A stretch of 64,000 nt of DNA from Promethearchaeota archaeon. Lineage in GTDB: Archaea; Asgardarchaeota; Lokiarchaeia; Sigyniarchaeales; SOKP01. The notes under the pieces were generated by a model. The model saw nothing but the letters and a program-made list of their open reading frames with translations, was not told the origin of the DNA and searched no databases. Positions 1 to 9,813 of the stretch are shown here, piece after piece; position 1 is the stretch's first letter, and each line of letters starts with the position of its first letter. Location of the stretch: the NCBI GenBank assembly GCA_048938855.1, contig JBHLLT010000001.1, positions 416,124-480,123 of the forward strand, written 5' to 3'. Both the position numbers and the translations under genes were made by a program.

Positions 1-160
1 TTGCTTCCAGAGGAATCTCAAATCGTACAGGTGATTCTGGAGTAAATGAAATACAATTATATAACTCCTTGATTTTTCCTTCTTTTTCTAATATTTTCAA
101 ATACCGAGGTTTACCGAATTTTATCAGAGTAGCTTCTTTGATACGTTGTCGTATTCCCAT
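1..160 (-). CDS. 5' part of a hypothetical protein running off the left edge (MGIRQRIKEATLIKFGKPRYLKILEKEG...)
   Basis: ATG at 160-158 on the minus strand, GGAG upstream, frame open to position 1; no recognisable motif in 53 aa. Confidence 0.6.
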   Translation of the reverse strand, partial: MGIRQRIKEATLIKFGKPRYLKILEKEGKIKELYNCISFTPESPVRFEIPLEA

Positions 161-292
161 ATATATTATAAAGCTCCGTTATCTAAAAAATATTATTAAA
201 GACCGTAAATCTCTCCTTAATTTCTGATAATGATAATTCTATTTCCAAATAGATGCAGACATATTAATGATGTAAAATTAAAATAATATACC

Positions 293-880
293 ATGACAAA
301 GATGAATCCTAAGGTTGATGAATATTTAAGTAAAGTTGAAAAGTGGCATGAAGAAATGGAGAAATTGAGAATGATCATTCTAGACTGTGGGCTTGCCGAA
401 GAATTGAAGTGGGGCAAACCTTGTTACACGTTTCAGAAAAGCAACATAGTTATAATACAAGGATTTAAAGGATACTGTGCGATTATGTTTTTCAAAGGTG
501 TCTTGTTAAAAGATATCAATGGCATTCTAATCAAACCTGGAGAGAATACACAGGCAGGGCGCCAGGTTCGGTTCACTAATGTTCGGGAAATAGTTGAAAT
601 GGAACCCATCTTGAAAGCCTATATTTATGAAGCTGTTGAAGTGGAAAAAGCGGGTTTGAAAGTGAATTTTAAAAAGACTACAGAATTCATAATTCCTGAA
701 GAATTTCAAAACAAATTAGATGAAATCCCTGGCTTGAAAACTGCTTTTGATGCATTGACGCCGGGACGGCAAAGAGCATACATTTTTTATTTTTCCCAAC
801 CCAAACAATCCAAAACTCGGGAGTCAAGGGTTGAAAAATATATACCACAAATTCTCAATGGAAAGGGATTAAATGATTAG
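293..880 (+). CDS. YdeI/OmpD-associated family protein (DUF1801 + OmdA domain)
   Basis: EELKWGKPCY, FFKG.LLKD, FDALTPGRQRAY, KQSKTRESR motifs. Confidence 0.88.
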   Translation: MTKMNPKVDEYLSKVEKWHEEMEKLRMIILDCGLAEELKWGKPCYTFQKSNIVIIQGFKGYCAIMFFKGVLLKDINGILIKPGENTQAGRQVRFTNVREIVEMEPILKAYIYEAVEVEKAGLKVNFKKTTEFIIPEEFQNKLDEIPGLKTAFDALTPGRQRAYIFYFSQPKQSKTRESRVEKYIPQILNGKGLND

Positions 881-1053
881 TATATTCGATGAGAAAATAA
901 ATTAATCAAACTTTAAGATAATACTTTGAAATCTATAATAGCTTATATACAAGATTCTAATTTTCTTTAAAAAATACAAAATTGGGTGATTTTTTTAAAG
1001 AAAGAATTAATAACTAGTAGGAGATTTAATTATTTCTTCGTAGTTTCACTTAT

Positions 1054-1857
1054 TTAAAACTCATCCATATCATCATCATCTTCAAATTCTGCTTCTTCTA
1101 CTCGAGGTGCTAAAAAGTAGCTTAATTCTCCACCTTCCAGAAGGTTGAAGATCATTTTTAAGGGGTGATCAGTTTTCAATGAAATTTCTAACTTTTCCGT
1201 GATAGAAGCTATTTTAAGAATTGCTTTCAAAAAGGTCAATGAATATGCTCCACTACTCGTACCACTGATATCAGTCTCAATTAAATCATCTTCATTCAGA
1301 TCATATTCCATTTCACCAATCTGTCCTGTAGAACTGAATACTAAGCCTTGTCCTTCTGTTGCAATCATATTTAAGATTTCAGAATAGATTTCAGCGTCTT
1401 TAATGGCTTCAACTAAAAATTCAGGGTCAAGTACCCATTTTGCAGGGTATTCAATCTTTAAAAGGTTATCCATTGGAATTTCTTCTATCTCAATATCTAG
1501 TAATGCTAAGCTGAATGTTCTTGTGCGTGATACACCCTCACGTTGCATCTTTATTTTTATTTTCTGATCTGCTTCATTAAATTCAATTTCAACTGAATCG
1601 TTTGCTGCACTTCGTTTTAAGATCTTGTCTAAGTCATCTAAGTTCAATCCAACTTTTGTTTCTTTATCACACTGATAATCATCAAAATTCTCTTTATTAA
1701 TTGAGAGTTTTAGCAAACAAATTCTACTTGGATCCATAGCAGAGATGGTAAAGTTTTTAGGAGTGACTCGAAACTCTGTTTCGTCTATAATACTCGCGAG
1801 AGTTTCAACTATCCCTTTCAATATCCGACTATTTTCCAATTTTAATGTAAAAGTCAT
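1054..1857 (-). CDS. pcn: DNA polymerase sliding clamp PCNA
   Basis: AMDPSRICL, GLNLDDL.KIL, YSLTFLK, YFLAPRVE; acidic C-tail. Confidence 0.97.
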   Translation of the reverse strand: MTFTLKLENSRILKGIVETLASIIDETEFRVTPKNFTISAMDPSRICLLKLSINKENFDDYQCDKETKVGLNLDDLDKILKRSAANDSVEIEFNEADQKIKIKMQREGVSRTRTFSLALLDIEIEEIPMDNLLKIEYPAKWVLDPEFLVEAIKDAEIYSEILNMIATEGQGLVFSSTGQIGEMEYDLNEDDLIETDISGTSSGAYSLTFLKAILKIASITEKLEISLKTDHPLKMIFNLLEGGELSYFLAPRVEEAEFEDDDDMDEF

Positions 1858-2037
1858 AATCTTTCAGTATCTTTATTGAATGGTAATTAAGATAAATATG
1901 TTTTATTCACATTATTAATAATGTTTGATATTAGTCTTTTAATAATACCAATTTTAGGTATTAAATTAATTATTTATACTTATCCTAAATTTTCAAACAT
2001 GTATTATTTAATTAAATGATTCATATTTAAAAAAAAA

Positions 2038-2364
2038 ATGTCTTTTCAATACGCTAAGCAAAGAATAATTAAAGATATTTCTCTTGACGATGAACGAATT
2101 CAAGTAACTGGATACATTAAGAGTAAATCGAGTGAAAAGCAAATAGTTTTAGATGACAAAACTGGTGAAATTAATGTCAATCTTATGAATATTGATGATT
2201 TCAAATTCAAGGAAAATGATTTAATTAATATAATAGGAGATATCGAGTTCCAATCTTCTGGGGAAAAAGTACTTAATGCGGATATAGTCCAAGATATGAA
2301 TAAATTGAATTTTGAATATTATCAAAAGATATATAAAATTAAAAAGGAACTGAATTTAGATTAG
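2038..2364 (+). CDS. Single OB-fold protein, possible small RPA subunit (RPA14/RPA3-like)
   Basis: VTGYI...LDDKTGEI.V...IIGDI OB pattern plus C-terminal helix LNFEYYQKIYKI; divergent from PCNA. Confidence 0.6.
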   Translation: MSFQYAKQRIIKDISLDDERIQVTGYIKSKSSEKQIVLDDKTGEINVNLMNIDDFKFKENDLINIIGDIEFQSSGEKVLNADIVQDMNKLNFEYYQKIYKIKKELNLD

Positions 2365-2390
2365 ATGATATTTACCTTGTTCTATAAGTA

Positions 2391-2747
2391 CTAATCTAAA
2401 AATCTTTGAATTTCAATAGTATAACCATTAGGATCTTCAAAGAAAAAATGGTATATGTTAAATTTTTGATTAATCTTAGGTTTTTCTGGAATACTAGCTC
2501 CTTTTTTGATTAATCTGATATAGAAGTCATCAACATCTTCAGTTACAAGAGTCAAAATTGGACTTTTTTTATTATGGATAATTTGCATATGTTCACAAAA
2601 ACCAATTTTACTTTTACTATTTATGTTAAAAATTAGACAAACACCTTGATCTTTATATAAAGATAACCCAAGTAAATTTTTGTAAAAATTAGATGTGACA
2701 GTGAGATCATCAGTACCCAAAAATGTAATAAATTCTTTAAATTCCAT
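2391..2747 (-). CDS. VOC/glyoxalase family protein
   Basis: FYKNLLGL, FFFEDPNGYTIEI; ATG start preferred over the GTG at 2756. Confidence 0.9.
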   Translation of the reverse strand: MEFKEFITFLGTDDLTVTSNFYKNLLGLSLYKDQGVCLIFNINSKSKIGFCEHMQIIHNKKSPILTLVTEDVDDFYIRLIKKGASIPEKPKINQKFNIYHFFFEDPNGYTIEIQRFLD

Positions 2748-2910
2748 ATATATCACTTAATTTTAATAGAATTTTTACTATACTTAAAATTTTTAAAAAT
2801 TTATACAATTATTTAAAAAATTAATATACTATAATTCAAGATCATAAAATTTTTTAATTTTTTATGTTTTAATTATATAAATTTTACTTAAGTTTAGTGA
2901 TATTGGTAAT

Positions 2911-3249
2911 ATGGTTGAATTTTGTCCTGAATGTTCAAATCTCTTACGTAAAAAGATAATGAACGGTAAGTCATTTTTAGCATGTAAATGTGGTTATGAA
3001 AAACAACTAAACTCTGATAAAAAAAAAATTGAAAAATCTATCCAAAAGAAAAAAAAAGATTTGGAACAAAATTTAGTTATCATATCTGAAGAAAACAAAA
3101 TTACACCGAATCCGATCACTAGAAAAGAATGTCCTAAATGTAATAATATGGAAGCTGAAACGTGGCAAGTGCAAATTAGGAGTTCTGATGAACCCAGTAC
3201 CCATTTTTTCAAATGTACAAGTTGTAAATACACCTGGCGTGAGCAATAA
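2911..3249 (+). CDS. tfs: Transcription factor S (TFS; RNAP subunit M/TFIIS-like)
   Basis: Two Zn ribbons: FCPEC..CKC and CPKC..QIRSSDEPST.FFKCTSC.YTWRE. Confidence 0.93.
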   Translation: MVEFCPECSNLLRKKIMNGKSFLACKCGYEKQLNSDKKKIEKSIQKKKKDLEQNLVIISEENKITPNPITRKECPKCNNMEAETWQVQIRSSDEPSTHFFKCTSCKYTWREQ

Positions 3250-3296
3250 TAATAATTGACTCTATATTTCATATTACTGAGATATCGCAAAATCTA

Positions 3297-3316
3297 CGTG
3301 AAAGAACAGTTTCACG
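3297..3316. promoter_or_regulatory. 7-bp inverted repeat CGTGAAA-N6-TTTCACG, candidate operator or terminator hairpin
   Basis: Perfect inverted repeat in the tfs/membrane-protein intergenic region. Confidence 0.35.
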
Positions 3317-3406
3317 AATTATTTTTTAGTAAATGAGACTTAATAATTTAATAAATCATTGAATGATAAATTCAATTTGGAAATTAGAACATATGAGAGG
3401 GAAAAA

Positions 3407-3859
3407 ATGAAGAAATCAAAATTAGAAATTGGATCATTTCTGATACTTTTTATGGGAATGTATACTGCAGTATTGGCATTACTTTGGATATTTGTTACTG
3501 AGATAATGTTTGTAAGTGATTTTGCATATTATACAGGTTTTACATACCAACAATATTTAGCTATTGATCTTGAAGTTGCGCAGATTTACATTATAACAAA
3601 AAAGCTGGTGGGGTGTATCCTTTTAGCTAATGCTATTATGATTGTATTGATAAATCGAAAAAGTTATCGTAAAGCTGAAAAATGGTCTTGGTATGCAATT
3701 CTTATAGGTGGTGGGATATCTTGGTGCACTTTTATCATCTATAAAATTTACATAGGGTATATTGGAGCTAGTATGATAACATTTGTTGTGGGGATTACAC
3801 TTCTCGTGGTTGGTTTAGTTCTTCCTGTGAAAGAAATATTAACTAAAAAAACCGCATAA
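3407..3859 (+). CDS. Four-TM membrane protein of unknown function
   Basis: Four hydrophobic segments; GAGGG before ATG 3407. Confidence 0.75.
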   Translation: MKKSKLEIGSFLILFMGMYTAVLALLWIFVTEIMFVSDFAYYTGFTYQQYLAIDLEVAQIYIITKKLVGCILLANAIMIVLINRKSYRKAEKWSWYAILIGGGISWCTFIIYKIYIGYIGASMITFVVGITLLVVGLVLPVKEILTKKTA

Positions 3860-3997
3860 ATAACATATAAATTTTTGAGTAAGAAAAAAGTATCAAAGAA
3901 CGCTTAATTTAAAATTGCAAATTATTTTCTTTTTATTGTTTCAAATATCTTATGAGTTAAATTAAACTATAATGAGAATTTAATGAAAATTTTAAGT

Positions 3998-4204
3998 TTA
4001 AGAAAGAACTTCTAATATTTTAGTGAGAATACGAGCTTTGCCCCCTGTGGATTGAAGTAAAGTTTTTCCACAGACTAAACATTCTACATCAGTAGCAGAA
4101 CACCCAAAAATTATTTGTTGGTTTCCACAATTTAAACATTTTACACGTAAAAATCTACTTTTTGGTTGAGGGATAAGGTCCTTTTCTTTTTTTTTATGCA
4201 CCAT
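3998..4204 (-). CDS. rps27e: 30S ribosomal protein eS27
   Basis: [28 protein letters not shown]. Confidence 0.97.
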   Translation of the reverse strand: MVHKKKEKDLIPQPKSRFLRVKCLNCGNQQIIFGCSATDVECLVCGKTLLQSTGGKARILTKILEVLS

Positions 4205-4259
4205 AATTTTTCAGTTCTTTCATACTTTTTGTAATTCGAGTTGTTTGATTATACCTCAC

Positions 4260-4541
4260 TTATGTTTCAGAGATTTCTAAACGTTTGACTCTATATGATT
4301 TAGCATATTGCTTTTTTCCACATTCAGAGCATTCCAATAAAGGAGTAGATCTCTTATTAATTTTAGCATTCTTGTGAAATATTTCTTTCGGAAATGAGCC
4401 ATATCCTCTCTTTTTTCGTTCAACTCTTCTGCGTCCATGATTTAACATACGTTCTTTACCTTTCTTATACAGAGCCACTGTATGCATTTGATGTGACCGG
4501 CATGTTGGGCAGTATCTTCGTACTGTGCGAGGGTATTTCAA
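4260..4541 (-). CDS. rpl44e: 50S ribosomal protein eL42 (L44e)
   Basis: YCPTC.SH, YKKGK, KRGYG, LECSECGK; probable TTG start at 4541. Confidence 0.95.
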   Translation of the reverse strand: MKYPRTVRRYCPTCRSHQMHTVALYKKGKERMLNHGRRRVERKKRGYGSFPKEIFHKNAKINKRSTPLLECSECGKKQYAKSYRVKRLEISET

Positions 4542-4702
4542 ATTTATCAAACCAATTTTATATGATAACCTAAAATAATTATTTATAAATTTTAAATTTT
4601 ATTAGTTCTGGTTAGTTCTTTTTGAAGAGCATCTTTATAATAAAAAATAATTTAAATCTTATTTACATAATGTTAATAAAAACATATTAATTGAGATTAT
4701 AA

Positions 4703-5620
4703 ATGTTCAAAGAGAAATTTAGCGAAGGAGTCATTAGTGCTAAGCAATTTGATAGAGAAGATATTGAATATATTTTAAAGAAAGGCAAAGAAATGATTAA
4801 TATAAAGAATTCCAATCTTCTTCAAGGAAAAATTTTAGCTACACTATTTTTTGAACCCTCTACTCGAACTCGTCTTAGCTTTGAATCTGCGATGTATAGA
4901 TTAGGTGGAAGTGTAATTGGATTTCATTCTGGAGATGTGTCTTCAATAAAAAAAGGCGAAAGTATCGCTGATACAATAAGAACTGTAGAAAATTATAGTG
5001 ATTGTATTGTTATGAGGCATTCGCTTGAAGGGGCAGCACGAATGGCATCTAAATTTTCTAAAGTTCCTATAATTAATGCAGGTTCTGGAAGTGGAGAACA
5101 TCCAACTCAAGCCTTATTAGATCTTTTAACGATTACAGAGGAAGTTGGTTCATTAGATGGTTTAAATATCGGTTTGATGGGAGATTTAAAATATGGAAGG
5201 ACAGTTCATTCCCTTTCAATTCTTTTATCGAATTTTGATATAAATGTTTATTTTATTAGTCCTATTGAATTGAGAATGAGAAATCGAGATAAAGATTTTC
5301 TACAACAGCAACAAGTCAAATATAAAGAAATCACTGACTACCGAAAAATTCTAAATATTCTAGATGTACTTTATATGACTCGGATTCAAAAAGAAAGGTT
5401 TGCTGATTTAGAGGATTATGAAAAAATAAAAGAGTACTATATTTTCAATGAAGATGACCTTAATGATACAAAAGATAATTTCAGATTGTTGCATCCCCTT
5501 CCAAGAATCACAGAAATTTCTCCATATGTTGATAGTTCCGAAAAAGCAATTTACTTCAAACAGACTTATTATGGAATCCCTATGAGAAAGGCTCTCTTAG
5601 CAGAATTGATGACAGATTGA
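4703..5620 (+). CDS. pyrB: Aspartate carbamoyltransferase catalytic subunit
   Basis: FFEPSTRTRLSFE, HPTQALLD, GDLKYGRTVHS, HPLPR. Confidence 0.97.
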   Translation: MFKEKFSEGVISAKQFDREDIEYILKKGKEMINIKNSNLLQGKILATLFFEPSTRTRLSFESAMYRLGGSVIGFHSGDVSSIKKGESIADTIRTVENYSDCIVMRHSLEGAARMASKFSKVPIINAGSGSGEHPTQALLDLLTITEEVGSLDGLNIGLMGDLKYGRTVHSLSILLSNFDINVYFISPIELRMRNRDKDFLQQQQVKYKEITDYRKILNILDVLYMTRIQKERFADLEDYEKIKEYYIFNEDDLNDTKDNFRLLHPLPRITEISPYVDSSEKAIYFKQTYYGIPMRKALLAELMTD

Positions 5621-5656
5621 TTTTTAAAATGTTCTTTTTCTTTTCAATTCAATCAA

Positions 5657-7609
5657 TTATTGAATAGAATCTTTTAGTAAAACAGCACTAATTTTGGATT
5701 CAATAACACTTTTTAGAGAATTTAGTAAAGTTTTTTCGTTTCTTTTTGTTTCTAGAGTAAACAAAGATCCTCTGTCGAAAATCTTTTGAAATTTTTTGAA
5801 TAACGCAATTTTTTTATTAAAAGAAAGATTGGACGTATCTCTTATTAAACTTGAAGAATAGCTTCTCATTTTCGTGTTATATTGTTTATCCCCATCATAC
5901 AGTTGATTGTTTAAATAAGAATCATAATGAGGCTGGCTTAGAACAAAATTTTTATCATGAGTGTTATTTTTTTCCATTATTATCATCTTCATTAGATTAA
6001 GTATTCTTAGGGCAAAAGATTCGCTATTTTCTGTTTTATCAAGTTCAATTCCACAATGATTACAAATAGCTTCATTAAGACCAAAAAAACTAATAGATTT
6101 TAAAGCATTTTTTAATATTTCGTTTTTATCACTTTTCAAAAGATTTGAAACAATGAAATTCCATTGTTTTAGTGAATTTAGTTTCTTCTGTACTAATTTT
6201 TCTTTATAATTGAACAATTCAAAAACAAGATTAATTTTTTCTTGTAAGAGTTCTAAAAATTTTTCATCATTTTGCTTAGCTTCTTCGGATATGCTGTGTA
6301 AGTTAATTAGAATTTTATCTAAGATTACCTGATCTATTTGCGGATTTGCTATTTGAATTATGGATGAATTAAAGAAATCTGAATTGGACTTATTATATAA
6401 AATAACATTATTTTTCAGATTATTAGTAATTAGATTTAGAATATTTTGATTTCGAGAATATTCGAATATGAAAAAAGGTGTGACACCGTTTTTACATCTT
6501 GAATTTATTGACTTAAGAAATGCTTCATCAATAAATCTTTGATCTGCAGGACACTCATCGTAACTAAACTCAAGAGTTACAGAAGATTTTATCTTATCAT
6601 TATTATTATTAAAACTAATAATTTGTGATGTTAAGATTGGGAAATCAGAAGATATTGCTTTTGTCAATGAAAATCTAGAAAGGAATTGGTTATTAAAATT
6701 CCCTAGTACTAAATCCTCAGAGCAAAATTGTCTCAAATTATACAGCAGATCTGAGAGAAAAATAATTAATTCTGAATGGCCTAGCTTCTCCTTTAATTTA
6801 TTTTTTAAATCGTTATGTTCATTAAGTAGATAATCCATTATTGTTTTAGAATCGATGTATATACTTAAAGGTCTTAAAGCCCAATAATTTAAATGCAAAA
6901 GAGCAATTTCTCCAGATAAATATAAATCAGCTAAATTTTTAGGAATAAGATTAAGAAGTAAAAACTGCTCTGAAACATCAGAACCTAATTTTTCAATAAA
7001 TGTAACAGGATTTATATCTATAGATTTAGATTCAAATAATTTAAATACTTCAAAAGGGGGCGTTCCCAGTCGAGTTAATTTATGCCTTACTTCTTCTAAA
7101 CCATTTTCTAGTAAAATTGCATTAATATATTCCCGCATTAATGGAGCAGTTAGATATTCTATATTTGTCTTAGAAAGACGTTCTTCTACTTCACGAGCAA
7201 TTTGTCGAGCCAAATATTGCTCCAATTCTCCCTCTGTTACTAAATATTCCTCAATTTTTCTAGTATCAAAAAGTTCCTTAGAATATTTTGAAGTTCTGAT
7301 CATTTTAGTTTGATATTGCTGATCTATAATCTCTTCAATAGATAAGATCTTATCGATAATTTGCGCTCCTAAAATTGTAATTGTATAACCTTCTTCAGAA
7401 GAATCTATCAATTCACTTTTTTTTAGCGTGTTTAAATGAAATGACAAATTTACTGAAGAAAGATCGTTTCCTAAAACCTCTTTTTGTATCACTGAAAATG
7501 GCAAAGGTGTTTGCATGTTTTTCAGCCTTTTTAGAATATCGATTCTAACCTTCTGACCTAAAGTTTTTAGTTGTTTTTCTAAGAGATTAGGATTTTTGTC
7601 GGTATCCAC
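5657..7609 (-). CDS. ArsR-type wHTH + ATP-cone + degenerate class III ribonucleotide reductase (NrdD-like) fusion
   Basis: R.DILK.L...LSFHLNTL...Y.IT.LG (wHTH); IRTS..FD..KI...YLTAPLMREYIN (ATP cone); LSGEIALLHL, SISFFGLNEA (NrdD barrel); no C-terminal glycyl-radical loop. Confidence 0.8.
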   Translation of the reverse strand: MDTDKNPNLLEKQLKTLGQKVRIDILKRLKNMQTPLPFSVIQKEVLGNDLSSVNLSFHLNTLKKSELIDSSEEGYTITILGAQIIDKILSIEEIIDQQYQTKMIRTSKYSKELFDTRKIEEYLVTEGELEQYLARQIAREVEERLSKTNIEYLTAPLMREYINAILLENGLEEVRHKLTRLGTPPFEVFKLFESKSIDINPVTFIEKLGSDVSEQFLLLNLIPKNLADLYLSGEIALLHLNYWALRPLSIYIDSKTIMDYLLNEHNDLKNKLKEKLGHSELIIFLSDLLYNLRQFCSEDLVLGNFNNQFLSRFSLTKAISSDFPILTSQIISFNNNNDKIKSSVTLEFSYDECPADQRFIDEAFLKSINSRCKNGVTPFFIFEYSRNQNILNLITNNLKNNVILYNKSNSDFFNSSIIQIANPQIDQVILDKILINLHSISEEAKQNDEKFLELLQEKINLVFELFNYKEKLVQKKLNSLKQWNFIVSNLLKSDKNEILKNALKSISFFGLNEAICNHCGIELDKTENSESFALRILNLMKMIIMEKNNTHDKNFVLSQPHYDSYLNNQLYDGDKQYNTKMRSYSSSLIRDTSNLSFNKKIALFKKFQKIFDRGSLFTLETKRNEKTLLNSLKSVIESKISAVLLKDSIQ

Positions 7610-7927
7610 TTTAATTATTAACCCTGTTCTAATTTGTTAATTTTGTATAACATAATATTATATCTTTTATATATATAAAAATTTAGAAATATTCTTCATG
7701 TTCTGTGGATAAGGATAATACGTGGGTGATATTAAACCACAATTTAAAAGAATTGATTTATATCTCAATCATTTTCATATTTTTGGCATTCAAATTTCTA
7801 AATTTTAATTCAATTTTTTAACTATAAAAACTGGACTACAAATAGCTTTAATAATTATATACCAATTTTTTAGATATTAACTAATTTTAAAGTATAGGTT
7901 GATAACAGAATCTTAAAAGTGTATTTT

Positions 7928-8602
7928 ATGAAGCCTAATGACATTAATAGAAAAATTAGATTAGGAACAATAGGATTGTGGACTATTTTTGCCATTGTTA
8001 CTATAGTAATGATCGCTCTAGTTTTTGGTCAAGTCTTTATGCCTTATGATTATTGGATTCCTATTATTCCTATTGGAGTATTATTAATATTATCAATTAT
8101 GGCTACAATTGTAGATTTTAGATCTGAGCAGAGGATTAAAATGGGGATAATTGGAGCATGGACCATATTTTTAATAGTTGTTGTTGTAATGGTTGCTCTT
8201 ATCTATGGTGGTATTTTCACCTCTGAAGAATATTGGATTCCTGCAATTCCAATTGGCACATTAGCTGTGCTAGCAATTATTGCCACCATTAGTGAATATG
8301 TGAGAGGAGAGATAAGATATTGTCATAAATGTGGAAAACGATTTGATAAAAAATGGGATTATTGCCAAGAATGTGGTGCTAGGGTACTCTTGGCGTGTCC
8401 TACATGTGGAATGAAAGTTAAGGGAAATCCCAAGTACTGTTATAAATGTGGAACTGATTTAAGTGAAATCAAGATCGCTCCAGTTTATAGACCCCCTGCA
8501 AAACCAAAAATAGATAATCACGCTAATTTCTGTCGTGAATGTGGGAGTATCAAAAATCCGGAAGCTAAGTATTGTGGTTATTGCGGCGCTGCTCACGCCT
8601 AA
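7928..8602 (+). CDS. Membrane protein with a duplicated 2-TM repeat and C-terminal double zinc ribbons
   Basis: Two copies of G.IG.WTIF.IV..VM.AL..G...YWIP.IPIG.L..L.I.ATI; six CxxC pairs. Confidence 0.85.
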   Translation: MKPNDINRKIRLGTIGLWTIFAIVTIVMIALVFGQVFMPYDYWIPIIPIGVLLILSIMATIVDFRSEQRIKMGIIGAWTIFLIVVVVMVALIYGGIFTSEEYWIPAIPIGTLAVLAIIATISEYVRGEIRYCHKCGKRFDKKWDYCQECGARVLLACPTCGMKVKGNPKYCYKCGTDLSEIKIAPVYRPPAKPKIDNHANFCRECGSIKNPEAKYCGYCGAAHA

Positions 8603-8655
8603 ATCTTTTTACTTTTTTTTCTCTTTTAAGAATTTTAGATTAAGAAGGAGTAATA

Positions 8656-9273
8656 TTATCTTGCAGAAACAGCAATTCGTTCAATCTCATCTTTACGTTT
8701 TACAGCTCTAGATTCTTGGCTATTATTTGCTGCTAATATTAATTCTTGTGCTAAATTTTCTTCAAACTGTTTCTCATTAGAATGGGATCTGGCACCTATT
8801 GCTTGAACGAGATACTTGATAGCTAAATCAATTCGACGCTGAGGCGCGATATCTACTGCTGATGCATAGGAAATACCACCCATTGCGATTTTGGTAGTTT
8901 CTTCTCTAGGTGCTGTATTAATTATTGCGTTTACTAAGATTTGTATAGGATTTTGACCTGTTATCAACTCAATTAATGTGAAGGCATTCTCCAAACTTCT
9001 TAACAGTTTCACTTTTTTACCAGAATTATATGAACTTTTATGACCTCTAATTTTTCCACTAATAAATCCGGGAGAAAGTAATCTATTATTAAACCTTTCA
9101 ATTATTGAGACTTTAGATGATTTCCAAAATCTTTTATGTTCATGTTTCCCAGCTGAATGCGGTACTATGATAGGCTTCAAATTGATATAATTTTCAAGTG
9201 TTATATCATCAACATTAATGTTTTCAAAAGACCATTTATTAAATAATTTTATTTCGTTCTTTGCTTTACTCAT
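8656..9273 (-). CDS. rps7: 30S ribosomal protein uS7
   Basis: KLFNKW, NPIQILVNAI.N.APREET, AVDIAPQRRID, ERIA.SAR. Confidence 0.97.
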   Translation of the reverse strand: MSKAKNEIKLFNKWSFENINVDDITLENYINLKPIIVPHSAGKHEHKRFWKSSKVSIIERFNNRLLSPGFISGKIRGHKSSYNSGKKVKLLRSLENAFTLIELITGQNPIQILVNAIINTAPREETTKIAMGGISYASAVDIAPQRRIDLAIKYLVQAIGARSHSNEKQFEENLAQELILAANNSQESRAVKRKDEIERIAVSAR

Positions 9274-9287
9274 AGCTTAATACCTCT

Positions 9288-9722
9288 TTAACGAAGCGGT
9301 TTCTCTTTCTTCCCTGCTAAAAGAGCGTCCAGGCTTACGCCATTAACTTTTACTACTTTATAACGAACACCTGGGAGATCTCCAATAGAACGTCCTTTTG
9401 CTCCTCCAATTCCTTCCACAATCACTCTATCATGCTCTTCTATGAAATTTAGTGCTCCATCTCCTGGAAGGAATGCCGTTACACCTTTTCCATTCTTTTT
9501 CAATTGCACTCTTACACATTTTCTTATTGCTGAGTTTGGTTGTTTGCTCTCACGTCCAACTTTTTGAAGAACAATACCTAGCGCTTGGCACGATCCTTCT
9601 AAGGGATCTACTCTTTTTTTCAATTGAAGCTTTCTTCTTTTATATTTTGTTTTGGACCATCGAAACTTCTTTCGATTTGTTTGAAGCTTTCGAGCAGCAT
9701 AAAGTCCTTTTGGGCTACCTAT
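9288..9722 (-). CDS. rps12: 30S ribosomal protein uS12; probable ATA start at 9722 (GTG at 9731 is the alternative)
   Basis: [28 protein letters not shown]. Confidence 0.96.
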   Translation of the reverse strand: MGSPKGLYAARKLQTNRKKFRWSKTKYKRRKLQLKKRVDPLEGSCQALGIVLQKVGRESKQPNSAIRKCVRVQLKKNGKGVTAFLPGDGALNFIEEHDRVIVEGIGGAKGRSIGDLPGVRYKVVKVNGVSLDALLAGKKEKPLR

Positions 9723-9813
9723 ATAAAACACCTTAATATATTATTTGATAGAACTTAAGTAGTAGAAAAAATGTTTCCTTAAACTTAAAATTTATGTATA
9801 GGTAGAGTTATTT

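Noticed and set aside
7704-7712. Perfect DnaA-box sequence (TGTGGATAA) upstream of the NrdD-like gene
   Set aside because: Single 9-mer in an archaeal genome; no cluster and no origin context, so probably chance
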